DNA of 62,829 nt, filler included, from Dugesia japonica (Eukaryota), in NCBI GenBank assembly GCA_001938525.1. It is 5 parts of 5 records of this genome, joined end to end, with 100 filler letters (N's around TTAATTAATTAA, not from the genome) between each part and the next. Parts side by side here need not be neighbours in the genome. Positions count along the whole stretch, not along the records: positions 1 to 16,793 come from MQRL01642384.1; 4 more parts are not named here. The stretch is one strand, 5' to 3'. The first letter of the stretch is position 1. Every line of letters begins with the position of its first letter. The notes under the pieces are model-generated. The model was not told the DNA's origin and did not search any database. It saw nothing but the letters and a program-made list of their open reading frames with translations. A program made the translations under genes and the position numbers. Of this stretch, positions 1 to 13,499 are shown one piece after another.

Positions 1-159
1 GATGTAATTACATCATAGATTAACTATCAAATTTCACATAATCGCACTAATTACATCACTAATCGGCGGGGGGGGGGTTCGCACACAGATGGCTATGCCC
101 GCCACTATCCCTCTACTTATACAAAACAAATTCATTAAAAATTATACCAAAAAAATTCA

Positions 160-818
160 TTATGTCTTAGATTATTTGCCAAAGCAGTCTTCTATTTCTA
201 GAAATCTGTTACACCACAGAGAAGGAGTCCACCTGCCTAATCCAACAACTCCGGAATTTGTCATTGTTGATAGATATAAACCTTTAGTTCTTCATGACGC
301 AGCATTTAATTATTTCCAGGAGGAAATTAATTTATTTCTATTTTTAATAATTATTTTAATACTTTTTATTAATTAATATTATTATTTTTTTATTCCTATT
401 TCTATTTTTAACTGGAGGAAATTATTTCCAGGGGAAAATATGACTTCACCAAAATTATACCAAAAAATTCATTTTTAAAAATTATACAAATATTTTGAAA
501 AACAAATTTAATAATTAAAATTTGTTTTTCAAAATACTTGTTTAATTAACAGATTAATGGAAAAGTTTTAGAAAATAAATTTTGAAATGAAAAATTTTTA
601 AAATTTTTATTTCTGAAATGAAATTTATTAAAAATTATTCCAAAAAAATTCATCATTAAAAATTATACCAAATGACTTATTATAATTACCAGTAAAAGTT
701 TTTAAAAATAATAAAAAAATATTGAAAAATTTTAAATTATAAAAAATATGTGTCGATTTATCTTTGTGTCGATTTGTTGTTTGTCCATTTGTCATGTCTC
801 CAATTGTCGTGTAACCCT
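160..818 (+). mobile_element. MULE/MuDR-like DNA transposon remnant
   Basis: Peptide YLPKQSSISRNLLHHR...LPNPTT...LVLHD resembles the segment upstream of MULE DDE domains. 750-818 has tandem TTGTC-type subterminal repeats ending GTAACCC. Confidence 0.4.
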
Positions 819-872
819 TTATATATATGTATTAAAGTATTATTTACGTAATTAAAATGCAAATGTCTAAAT

Positions 873-1145
873 AGTAGACAGATAGTGACGGTCATAGCCA
901 GCACACATTTAGTAATCCCTCACCGCCGACGGATTAGTGATGTAATGTAACTTAATCCTAATGCATTTAGTTGGGACTTTTAAAATATGACATCATATTA
1001 GGTAATATTACGAAATGAGATTAAGTGGCTATATATTTTCCTGTGTATTTAGTTGGGAAAATTTTTAAAGCTTTTTACGTGGTAAAGTGGCTATGTATTT
1101 CCCCGTGGTTTTAGTTGAGAAACGTTTTTAGGCTTTTTAGTTGTG
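873..1145 (+). repeat. Polinton/Maverick-type terminal repeat (AGTAGACAGATAG...), inverted copy at 62235-62413
   Basis: Shared blocks GATTAGTGA...AATGCATTTAGTTGG...TGACATCATATTAGGTAATATTAC...TGTGTATTTAGTTGGGAAA; 5'-AG terminus. Confidence 0.6.
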
Positions 1146-2154
1146 GAATTTATTTAATAATTATAATACTCTCATTATTGTAATACTCTTTATTTTTAAT
1201 TATTATAATTCCGACGTATTTAATCTAGTAATTATTCTTATTTTGGTTTTCTCTTATTTACCCACTTTATTAATTACAATTTTATACTTAATTTTGATGT
1301 AAAGTAAACTGCTTTTATAAATATGATTATATTTTATAAATAATAATATTCGTTCTTTTATTTCCTTTTACCACTTGTCTGTATTTCATTTATTATTGAT
1401 TTTGTATTATATTGTTTTTACTTTAACTGATATGATACTTTTATTATTATTTCTGTTTATTTACTTATTGGCACCACGATTTATTATTCTACTTTTTTAT
1501 CTATTAAATAATTTATAAACATTCTTTATGTTCATAGTTATATATGTGTGTGTGTTAAGTTAAAACAAAGTGTAATATAAATAATGATCAGGAGCAGTAC
1601 AATTTCAGTTATTAAATAATAAAATAGGATAAAGAAAAAGTGTAGAAATAAGTGTAAAAGAATAAAAATGTAGATAAAAATGGTAATTTTATTAAATGAC
1701 ATAAAAATTAAAAGTAGTAATCAATTATAACATGAATGCTAAACACATCAAACTGAATTTAGTATTATTATTATTATGTACGTATTAATGTAAATACAAA
1801 TTTTACAAAACTTCAAATTTGAAAGAAATTGGTATCATTTTAAAGTTGAGAATAAACACCAACAAAGGTCAAAGTTCAATAAAGAAGTCAAAAATTAAAA
1901 ACGACTTAAATCGAATAAATTTAAACAAAACTACAAATCGATCTAAATAACGAGAAGTCATTCTTATGGATCATTTTGTGTTTAAGCGTTATAAACCGAA
2001 TTGAAGCGACCAAACTCTAAAAAAAATAATGTATCCAGTTAGTTTAGTAGAAGTTATAGACCATGCTTGGTTTCATGAACAATTCGAAAATTAAATAATA
2101 TAATTCAACTGAAATGAATTAAAACCTGTATCGATTGCATTGGAAGATTTTTCT

Positions 2155-2411
2155 AATAGGTCCTCTCTGTTTCATCTACAATTTGTACATCATATTCGAT
2201 ATTTTCTAAATCATTAATTTTTAAACATTAAATTAATAAAAGATTTCTTACCCATAGCTTCAAAATATTTCCCCTCCTTATCTATAGTTGTAGGCTATTC
2301 TTTCTCATTACATTCTACGTTATTTTGTTCAAAATCTTTATTTTGATCAACTTCTTTATTTTGATGAACGTCTTCAGTATCTATTAATTTTTCAATTATT
2401 TTGTTACACAT
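2155..2411 (-). pseudogene. Small acidic two-exon gene relic (intron 2251-2206, one in-frame stop)
   Basis: MCNKIIEKLIDTEDVHQNKEVDQNKDFEQNNVEC...KYFEAM/ENIEYD; GTAAGA..TTTAG phase-1 intron. Confidence 0.45.
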
Positions 2412-4834
2412 TTTGAAAAGCAAATGACTTTAGTAAAATTTTATTTCAAATATTTAGTTTTTAAGATNCAAACTAAATTATTTCAATTTACAACCAATTA
2501 TATTAAATTATTATTACATACATTCATGCTTACACACCGACATGTATATAAATTCAAGATTTTAGAAATTAAACATTATTTAAAAATTTTATAATTACAA
2601 TTATTTTGAGAATAATTGTTGGAATTAACCTTTGATCGCCTTTGAGATTTCATTAAAATAATAAAAGGCTTCGATCAAAANNNNNNNNNNNNNNNNNNNN
2701 NNNNNNNNNNNNNNNNNNNNNNNNNNNNNNNNNNNNNNNNNNNNNNNNNNNNNNNNNNNNNNNNNNNNNNNNNNNNNNNNNNNNNNNNNNNNNNNNNNNN
2801 NNNNNNNNNNNNNNNCAAATATGAATAAATTAAACACATTATCAATAAAACAGAAAGACTTGTTGAAAAATATAGAGATTTTTGTTCGGATAATCAAGAA
2901 GATGATGATGAATCCAAGAAAAAAATGACTCAAACCAAAATTCATAAGAAAACATAAATTTTCTAATGAATAATGTGGTAAAGTTATTCAGTCTCAATCA
3001 ATCAACTGTAGCAAACAAACTTTATAAAGAAGACAAAATAAAAGTATCAAATGCATTAAATATTGACTTTAAATTTAAAAGTTCAGAGGTAATAAATGAT
3101 ATAATGGTGAATATTAAATGCCAATCTCTGTCATTTGCGATGGTAAAACAACACAAATGTCATATTGAAAGAAAAGCAAAATCTGGTGGTAATATATTTT
3201 TTATTAATTCAAATTTAATTTAAATAATTAGAAATAATTTNTCAAACAAAATATTGAATGGACTATAGAATGTCATATGACTAAACTAAACATTTGATGT
3301 ATTTATTTTATTTATTTTTATCATTTGCATTTTATTCATTATATCTTATATAAGCAATCAACTATTACCTTGACTAGTTGTTACAAGTATTTGTTGAATT
3401 TTGTCTGAATAATTGATTTCAATCAACTCGATCTTGGCGTCTATAATTGAGTTTAAATACATCATTATTATAAAAACCGAAAAATTAAATTTTGTTCATA
3501 TTTATTTTGGCTTTGTAATTCATTTTTCTTTGTTTAACTTTCATCTGCATTGTATTTCTCTTTGTTGAGTTAGCATCTAAATTGAATTCTTCTTTGTTAA
3601 TGTTGCATTTCTTTGTTTAATCATTAACTTTGGTCCTAAAGAGGACCGGTATTCATTCTCATATTGTTTTATCTTTCTTAGCTTTGAATGATTTTATTTT
3701 CTCATCATATGTTTCCTATATTCTAAAATTATTACACTAAATAAAAATATTTTAAAAATATTTACAAAATAACATTAATAAATATACCACTTTGACTTGT
3801 TTTATACATTTCTCGGTCAAAATTTATCGCATGACTCTAAACATAATAGCATGTGATTTAGAATAAAATTGCATAAATATGTTTTGTTGAAAAAATAGAA
3901 AATTACCCGTTACCATGCCCCACCTTGGATAAAAGAAATTATTTACTTTGAAAATACTTATGATAATCAAAGAAATTTGATATCTTTGAAATCAGAATAA
4001 AAAACTAAACATAAATGGTTTGCAGTATAAAAATGCTTCAATCAGAAATTAATATATAATTATATAATTAATTATAAATTGTAATTATAATTAAAATAAT
4101 AATAAATTTTAAAATATCTTTAAACAATTCAATTCAAAATAAAAAATGAACATATTTCATATAGGGGTTTGCTGTATGAAAACGCTTATTAATTTAATAA
4201 TAATTATATTATTAATAATTTCTAAAATATGTTTATATTATTTAACTCAAAATTAAAAACTCTTTATAATAGCTTGATAAAAAATTATATATATATATTT
4301 ATGGTAAAAATTTCAAAGCGATTTCGTTCAAAAAAACGCCAATTTTAAATTTAAACAGTAAATAACTTTTTACCAGCCCGCTTGACAAAACATTTTAATG
4401 CATATCATAGTGTGGCTTTTAATTGCGCGTCTAATGATACCAAATTTGTGTTGATCAATTAAAATTCCACAGAATTCGATGGAAAAACAGTACAAAGTAA
4501 ATGAAAATTGATTTTATAATAAATAAAATTATTGTTTAATAAATTTCATAATCAAAATAATTAAATTTTGAATTGCGATTTTAATAGGGAATGGATTATT
4601 TTACGATACAAGTTAAAGATCCATTTTTATCTTATTTTTTAATTCTCTATCCGATGGTGCTATGAATGACCTTTTAAAATAAAATCAAATCAAAACAAAT
4701 CGAAAAAAATTCGGTCGAAAAAATATTTTCCCGGCTGGGGGTGGAGGTGATGTCATGCTGAAATGTCTCACTACTAATAATAATTTATTTCGAGGCTCTC
4801 CTAGAAATCGAATACTGATTGGTTACTGTCTGAT

Positions 4835-5975
4835 TATTGATCTTATCGATCAAGATATATAACGTGATATATTTAGAATTTCACGAAGATATTTCTAAAA
4901 ATATTTTTGTGTTTCAATTTAATATTTTATTACAGTGAATAAAAATATAAAAATAAAAAGAAATAATGAAATTGATTAGAATAATTTCTACAGTTTTTAC
5001 TACAAATACAATTGTTTATTATTACAATAAAATAATTATGTCGGAGTAAATTATTCCAAAATAAGATGGAGTTGTTTAGAAATGTCACTTAGAAATGTCT
5101 ACATTGAAAAATCGACAGTTAATATTCTTTTTCAATGTGAAGGAACCTAATATTTGATGAAATGAATATATTTGATTTTGTTGATAAATCACACTCCTTT
5201 ATATGTCATCGGATGTATGTGGGATTTTACTTAATTTATTATAACTATTAATAATTATTTAATTTTACGATCTCAACATTTTAACCTTAAAAGCCTGTTA
5301 CCTGAAATTTACTTATCCGAAAGAAACTCTTTCAGATATGGAAGTGACAATATAAAAAAATATTTCTCACGCTGATTTAAAATTTAATAATATAAAAACT
5401 TATCTTGATAAAAAATTACACTATTTTCCAAACAAAGGCAAACAATCCTAATATTTTATCAATAAATTCTAATATAAAGTTTAATCCAGAATTCATGGCA
5501 GAAAACTGATCTTATAGATCAATAAATTTACAATTCTAACATATCACTAGATATTACTTGAATTTCGCGAAAATATTTTAAAAAATATTTTCGTGTTTTA
5601 ATGTTATTTTTGATCACATAAAAATTGATAAAATAAAAATAATAAAAACTAATAAAAATGGATTAAAATAATTTCTACAATTCTTCCTATATAATTCTTT
5701 ATTATTACCATAAAATAAAAATTTCAGAGTAAATTATTCCGAAATAAAATTAAAATACATAAGAAATTGTCATTTAAAAATGTCCAAATTGAATAATCAA
5801 TAATTAATTATCTTTTTTGATGTGATAAAACAAAATTGTTATTTACATTTGACAGTTAGCCATATGGAAAACTCAATAAATAATTGACTTTTTTAAAGTG
5901 AAAGAAAACGATATTTGATTGAATGCAAATGTTTGAATTATCTTTTGTTGGTTTAATAAATCAGAATTCTTCATA
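4835..5975. repeat. Diverged tandem duplication (~670-bp period), possibly LINE 3' end
   Basis: GATCTTAT.GATCAA, GAGTAAATTATTCC.AAATAA and AAATGTC..ATTGAA blocks occur twice. The minus strand gives TFLNNSILFWNNL, like LINE ORF2 C-termini. Confidence 0.5.
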
Positions 5976-6527
5976 TGGTATATGGCTAACTGAGCCTGGG
6001 GCTGTTTCTTGTGTTTGATGAATTCTGCATGCATGTGTAATTTATTGGAACAAAAACAAAATATTTTTTAATGTGGCCCGAAAAAATCCAAATTATTGGG
6101 CATCTTAAACTAGAATCCATTATTAAAATTTCAAAAGATAAGGTTCCTAAATCGTGCTCCGTTTGGATTTTCCAACATTAGTAACCTTCAATAAAAGTAG
6201 TAAATTCAAAAGACTAATAAAAGTTCCTTGACTTATGTTCGCAATCTGTTGTGACATCGGACTATATAATTTTTGTATAATATATCAGTAGAAATAAGAT
6301 ATACTTAGCCAATAAATTAAAAAACTTGCATAATAATAAACCAATATTCTGATAAGCGGCGAAACCAAAATGTTCGGAACCATTTTAATATGACATTAAT
6401 TATTATTGAAATTAAAATGCAGAATAAAATCATTATTAAATAAATATAAAGTTTAAATTTGAAAACATGATTAATATATAATTTTCTTTTATAGTAAATA
6501 AATTTAAAATTATTATTTAAATAAACA

Positions 6528-6932
6528 ATGGGCTGTTGTTGCACAATGCCATCAGATGAAAATTATTCGGAAAATATTATTCCTAAAAATAAAGAAACTA
6601 GTTGTTTTAGTTCAAAGAAAATGATAGAAGAAGAAGATTTAGAAATTGTGTACAGTAAAGCCCAAACAGTTGATTTGCTGTCTTCAGAAAATACTGTAGA
6701 TAGAGTTAATCCAGTTTTACAGGAAAATATTTATAATGTCGGAAAAGTTACGGATTTAATGATTTCCAATGCAAATTTAATGAGAAATAAGAATTTTGAC
6801 TTGAATCCAGCTAATGAAGATGAAACAACTTTAGCAATGCGTTTGGTATATAAAAATCGCACAAAAGATATTTTATATCAATTTCATTTGCCTCTGTCAA
6901 CTTATTTTGGAATAGAAAGAATCATATTCTAA
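6528..6932 (+). CDS. Single-exon 134-aa protein with N-terminal MGCCC myristoylation/palmitoylation motif; function unknown
   Basis: Uninterrupted ORF with normal composition in A-rich start context (AAACAATGG); AATAAA near 7100. Confidence 0.6.
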   Translation: MGCCCTMPSDENYSENIIPKNKETSCFSSKKMIEEEDLEIVYSKAQTVDLLSSENTVDRVNPVLQENIYNVGKVTDLMISNANLMRNKNFDLNPANEDETTLAMRLVYKNRTKDILYQFHLPLSTYFGIERIIF

Positions 6933-7412
6933 TTTTGATACTTATTTTTAATAGTAGATCTTATAATTAAAGTTTTAATGGAGTCTAAAAATAGAATTTC
7001 GTTGATCCAAGTTTACTGGTACTATAAATGCATAAAAATGAAAACTGGTTGATAAGCCCAAAACTTATTTTTCTTTTAACTTTGATATTTTAGTATGAAA
7101 TAAATATAGTTTTTTATAATTGCTAACTTTCTAATAGAAAAGTAAAATTAAATACTAACCCAGGGGTTCTGGATAAAATTAAAAATTATCAAAGTATTAG
7201 ACGCTGAGATAATGTTTTATAGTATATACATGAAAAAATTGTATTTGACATGAAATAGTCGTTTTCCATAAATATCCGATGTGGTCATAAATATTTTCGT
7301 TTTCATTTTCTATTTTCATAATATAAATACACAGAATTTGCTATTGTTTCCAATATATTTAAAACAACAGAAACCCATATTCGAATTCCAGAAGATATGT
7401 TAATTCAAATGC

Positions 7413-9253
7413 ACCCATTAATCATTTCGACGAAAGAGGATCTAAGAGAACAGAAAATAATTTTCCACAAAGATTTAAACGATGTTGGGCATCAGAGCTA
7501 ATTGTCCAAATGTAAAATGTTTTCAATGTAACAGACCGGAACATTTCAAACATCACTGCTATGAGATTCGGGATATGAAAAGAGATTATCGTCAATAAAA
7601 TGTTGCTGCGTACGATGAACATTCAGATAATTTGATGACAGATAACGACAGCCCTATGACAGATCAATTCCAAAAAGCCAAAGCCCTTCCAAGAGAGGAA
7701 GTTATTGAGGCCATTCATCGAAAAATGTAAGATTTGATTTGAGCAATGATGGTAAATGTATGTATGATATTGAATTGCTTGAAAATAATTTTTGTGATGG
7801 TGTATTTTTGTATGATGATTTTATGCTTGATATAATTGTTGATAATAAAAAAGAACTTTGTAAATAATAAAAATCATTATAGTAGTAATGATAGTTATGA
7901 CAATAATAATAATCTATGGTAGATGTAGCTAATGATGGAATAATAATATAGAATGTTAAGATTCCATTTATTTCAAAAACAGTTCTATCTGAGTCAATAA
8001 AAATCTAACACCGACGGTGTTAATGAGCTGTAATACGGGATTCGGAAAAACAGAGACTTGTGAGATTTATAATGATAATCAATGTTATAGAATTGCGGTA
8101 TCTGAAAACGTTTATGTAAGTAGAATTGGTGAACATTTTATCAGGGGCATGATAATGGACCATTGAAATCAGAAAATTACTTATGGCATAACTAAAGAAT
8201 GGATTTTAAGTGGAGATAAAGAGAAAATGGCCGTGCAGAAACTTTTAGTAACAGAGGGAATTACAATCGATAATAATGGATACATGTGGGTAAGAGTAAG
8301 GTGGATGCAAAACTCTACACACCAGATCTACACTTGGACATGTAAAAGAGTTTAATCAAATTGAAGAAGTGTTTAAAAAGATATAACTCAGTCAATTATC
8401 CTTTAAGAAACAAAAAAAGAACAAAGGAAGAAATTACAGACAATATACTACAGAAAATTTGAAATGATATATACGTTGCAAACAATTACTACGATGTGAT
8501 CAAAACATTAGCAATCCTTGAAAGAAATCAAGATTTATTTAGTCGATATAAGATGAATGTGGGCAAAACCAATATGATTGAACATAAAATAGAAGCAACT
8601 GATAGCAGACCAATTGCTTTCAAGNCACAAAGAATACCAGAAGGACTCGAAGAAAAAGTAAAACATATGGTAAAAGATTTGGTAGATACTGGTGTTTTAA
8701 AGCTGAGTACTTCTCCATGGAAAATTTCAATTATAGTGGTGAAAAAGAAAAGCGGCGATAATCGCATGTGTGTTGAATACAGTGCACTGAATGTTAAAAA
8801 AACCGACCATTATTTCCAATACCATCATCAGAAGAAATATTTGACAATATTGTTGGAGCTAACTATTTTTCAACTCTAGACCTTTCGAGTGCCGATAGCT
8901 AAACAAAATCAGGAAAAAATAGCATTTAGTACAAAGTTTAGAAAATACGAATTTACCAGAATGCCGTTTGGATTATGCTCAGGACCAGCCACATTTCAGT
9001 AGCTTATGAATATTGTATTGCAAAATGAAAATTGGAAAAAGTGCATATTATATTTAGGCGATGTTTTAAAATTCGGTAAAACTGTAGAAGAGCACAATGA
9101 AAGACTAGATCAAATATTAAATAGAATATGAGAAGCTGGACTTAAATTATCACCAAATAAATGTAAATTGTTATAGTAAAAAAATACAATTTATCGGTGA
9201 TATAATTACTAAATATGAAATTGCAACAGATCCTGATAAGATAATGACAATCT
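7413..9253 (+). mobile_element. Ty3/Gypsy relic: gag zinc knuckle and RT
   Basis: KCFQCNRPEHFKHHC near 7515; RT motifs IEHKI, STSPW, RMCVEYSALN, FTRMPFGLCSGPATFQ, YLGDV, GLKLSPNKC, with stops and frameshifts. Confidence 0.9.
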
Positions 9254-9732
9254 AAAAATAATTTCATGAAAAATAATTTCATCTGGTTTATTACTTAATT
9301 TAATATTAATAAATTGCGTTTTATTATCGCTTAAAATCTTTTTTGAAAAAAACCATTTAATAACATCTTTTGGATTTTAATTTAAATTATCAGGAACTAA
9401 ATATTGTTTTTCAAAAATATATATAGTTAAACCACGTTCAAATCCGTCTTTTAATAATTATTATTCAAATTGACTTATTGTTGATGAATAAATAATTAAA
9501 TTATTATAATGAATAAAATTTTCCATTAATAATGGTATTTAAGATATAGAAATTTCAATGAGTCTATGAAATTCCACATTAATTAATTTTTTAATATGTT
9601 AATTAGTTTAACAATGGTAATTATTGCGAGAATAATAGTTAAACGTAACCATTGATCGTTTTTCAGAAATCATTTGAAATAAAAGCTTCGATAAAAATTT
9701 GTTTTTTTAGATTTTGAAAATAATTGAAAAGT

Positions 9733-9769
9733 CAATTCCTGACGAAGGAAAAGTCGAAATATTGAATTG
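9733..9769 (+). ncRNA. Minimal type I hammerhead ribozyme motif (degenerate)
   Basis: CAATTC-CTGACGA-AGGAAAAGTC-GAAA-TATT-GAATTG: stem I pairs perfectly and the core boxes are intact; stem II is damaged. Confidence 0.7.
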
Positions 9770-9954
9770 TTATCAAAAAACCAAAAAAAATGTTTGATCG
9801 AAGCTTTTATTTAAAATGAATTAATTAGTTTAAATCAATAAATTATTAATAATTATTAATTATTTTCATGCATTGTATCAGGAACAGTCTTGTTTTCTTC
9901 CCATACCCTTACATTAGGTCCTCCGACATGTACAGTCCGACGGAGCGAATCCAT

Positions 9955-10170
9955 CAAGTCGAGTCCGTTCATAATTGAACTTATCAATCAGCTTGCACAG
10001 TATTAACTAGGCTAATCTCGATTACTGTATGTACATTTCTAGTAGCAGTGCTTCCGTTCGTTCACATCCGGTAATAAATTGAACACCGCTACAGTATTTT
10101 AAAAACAATCAGTCATCATCGTCAATAATTGACTAGACTCAGATACACAAAATGGCCAGGAATTCCATGG
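9955..10170 (+). repeat. Unclassified dispersed repeat, second copy 16269-16482
   Basis: Shared TCGAGTCCGTT, GAACTTATC, GTATGTACAT, CGTTCACATCCGGT and AGTCATCATCG blocks. Confidence 0.8.
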
Positions 10171-10250
10171 CAACTGTTACTTATTCAACACATGTCATAT
10201 TTTATATTATTTAGCGCATATAAGATATCTTTGTCGTTTTTTTACCATAT

Positions 10251-10395
10251 TAATGGAATCTTTAAATAACATAGACCACATTACTGGAACCTTTAAATAA
10301 AATAGATCATATAATAATAGAACCTTTAAACATTATAGATCATATAATAATGAAACCTTTAAACATCATAGACCATATAATAATGAAACCTTTAA
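10251..10395 (+). repeat. Minisatellite, ~31-33 bp unit, ~4.5 copies
   Basis: AACCTTTAAA...ATAGA(C/T)CATATAATAA repeated. Confidence 0.8.
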
Positions 10396-10523
10396 CCTTA
10401 TTTTATTAGATTTATCTATATTTCAAATAAACTTTAACTTAAAATATTAAACAATATTAAAACAAACTTTCTACAAAGTTTAAATGACTATATAATATCA
10501 ATTGTGCAATCTCAATAAAATTT

Positions 10524-10745
10524 TCAATAAAAGAATTTTAAGAGCGATATTGAATCCGTCAACTGAACATTAATTTTAGGATTTAATGCCCTTACCAACA
10601 AAGCTTCGCACATCACTCTCTCCCAATAATTATTAAATCCACTGCACAGAATTTTAAAATCNNNNNNNNNNNNNNNNTTTTGTACATTTTCTTCGATGCT
10701 CAATAATATTACTATTACCACTATTTCGACTATGCTCTTGATCAT
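10524..10745 (-). mobile_element. Penelope-like element GIY-YIG C-terminal fragment
   Basis: FKILCSGFNNYWERVMCEALLVRALNPKINVQ is homologous to the peptide at 32876-33000. Confidence 0.75.
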
Positions 10746-13499
10746 TCAAATATTAAATTTATCTATTAAAAAAATTTTAATTTATCATAAAAAATAAGTT
10801 TATTATAAAATATTAAATTATATCAACATAAAAAACAAACTCACCATTTTAAAATTCATAAATTAAATAAATAAATATAAAAATTATATTAAATTAAACA
10901 GTCATTATATTTATTGATTGTTTAATTTCATGTAATCATTAAAATATATGTAATTAAACAATCAATATAATTATTGATTTTTTAAATTCATATAATTTTT
11001 AATGATAATTGTTGGGCTAGAACGCAAGAAGGGCGATAGAATTGTGAAAGTTGTGAATTACCAGAAATAATGAAAATAATAGCGAAGATCGAAAGAATTA
11101 ATAGTAAAATGTGAACTGGACCAGAAAGTATCATCAAGAGTATTATTATTATTATATAATTATCATTATAATCATAACGAAATTATTATAAAAATATCGA
11201 AAAATGAAATTCAGGCGCGGAAGACCCAAATTTAGTGAAGAAGAAATAAAAATTGTATGTACGAAGATCAAATGAATAATTAAATAACAAAAATAAAATA
11301 CTATATTATAATATTATATTAAAGGGGTCTCTATAAATTACTATAAATACGCTATTTAGCGTTTAATATTATTAATTAATTGAATAATCTAATCCAGTCA
11401 TTGTCTGATTAGGGTGAACAAAATCCAAAATTAGTAACAACATGCGTTATTCACCATAATCCAGACAAAGCATTCACCTAGAGACAACCAAAATTAATCA
11501 GAGATTATGCAAGGTGACCGATTGAAAATTCAACACTGTCAAGTTCGTGTGTTCCAAATGATGACACCAGAAAGAGAAGAGAGACACACACCAAATGAGA
11601 GGAAGGCATCAACCAATCAGAAACTTGGACGATGAAATACGTGAAAAAGATTACCCGGCCAATCGAGAGCCAATTTTCTATTTAGCACTGGTAATAAAAC
11701 CAGACTACTCAATGGAAATGCAGCATAATTTTTGAAAATTTTTTTCTAATTATAAATTTTACTATCAAAAGAGAAATTTCAAGTTTATTGTAAAAATAGG
11801 TTTATCAAATTTAGATTCCACAACATCAAACAAAAGTAAAATTTCTATTTGTTAATGACATCTTTTATTAAAATTTTATGAACAAATGATACCGAGTGTC
11901 CAAATCTTCGCTAGGTTGTGCTCCTGTAAAATTCATAAATGANATTCAAATTATTTAGCACTAAAATGAGATCGAAAAACTGACAATTGGAAGGAAAAAT
12001 TATTTACTAAAAAATTGAGATCGTAAAAGTTGCTGAGTGAAATTTAAAGTATTTTTTACTAAAATGAAATCGCAAAAGCTTGTGAAAGAAATTCAACGCA
12101 TTTCCAGACAAATACAACATTGAGATCGAAACAACGGTTTAAAGTGAAAGGACGAGTACTATCAGACGAAGTGGAGATTAAAGAAAATTCGTGCAACGCA
12201 ATTAAAACTGTTACGATACAGAATTAAGATTGAGAAAAAGAGTGAAAAAAACTAAACTTATTATTAGACAACGATGGGGTTGTGACATATCATGTGAAAG
12301 ATGAAGTTAATGCGATTAACCGATAAAATGAGAAGGAAATGATTTGTACATTTAATAATTATAATTAGTACACGGGAGCACGGTGACTACGGTACAAAAT
12401 CGAGGATGTGTTTTCTTTTATAAGTTTTTCTTTGAGTTTACTGAGATAATGGTATTTAATCTAACTATTAATTTTTGATTCATTAAAAATAAATCTCTGA
12501 TCCTTATCTAACTTTAGTTGCTTTGACTGATATTTATAACGAGTAAAAAATATTCTTATTATTTATTTTTAATGTTTTAAGGTAGGATAAATATTCATTT
12601 AGGTACGGTATTAGTGTTTATTAATTTGTTTTTTAATAATTTAATAATAAGGACATCTTCTGAGAGTTCCGGAAGATGGTACTTTCCAGTTGCAATCTTC
12701 TCTGGTCCACCTTCTAGGAACGGGGACGAAGCCATATTATGCCGCAGGCCAAAGAATCGTTAAAAATTTGTAATATTTACTGTTAATTTATTTAAATAAT
12801 ATTTATTGTTGTTAACAGAAAAATAGATATTTTATTTTTTATTAATAGAAAATGACAGCATACTTTAAGCCGCACATTCCATTGGAGCTCACTAGTAATG
12901 GAGACAAGGGAACCTTCTGGATCCAATGGAGAAATGCGGTGAAGCTATTGTATGATCAGAAACTAATCTATGAGTAGAACAAAATAGAGATAAAGCAAGA
13001 ACAACAAGTAATGGTTAACAAAATTTGAGAGCTGAGAAAGCAAGTTCATGAGCTTCAGAATACCAACCAACGATTGGAAACTAAAATGGCTCAAGTACAA
13101 ATGGAGATGCGTGAGATAACAAAGAAGGTCCATCAGTCCATTCAACCACTCTTGACACTGTGAACAAGCCCGTGGATTTAGATGCGTGACAGGAATGCTG
13201 TCGTTTGTAAATAGATAAATGTTCTCAATGTGTACTTAAATCAAATCATAACAATTATAGGTTCTTTTTTTAGTTGTTTATTCTTGTTTCGAAAATAATA
13301 AATACTGAGCATGAGGGAAAAATTGTTGTTGAGGCTCATAGATCTAATGAGTAAGACGCCATACCACAAAGTCGCGCTGAATCCAGGAAAGAGAGGGGCA
13401 TGGTACAGAGATACCATAAACGCTTATGGTTTTTAAATATGCCCCTAGACCTTTCGGTGAAATATTAAATACGAAAGTGAGATCCGAAAGTTATTGAGA

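Noticed and set aside
2820-3950. SWIM-like and PHD-like fragments
   Set aside because: Key Cys/His residues are missing; too degraded to call.
11010-12350. Possible LTR and leader
   Set aside because: TG start and TATA-like box are present, but there is no second LTR or convincing PBS.
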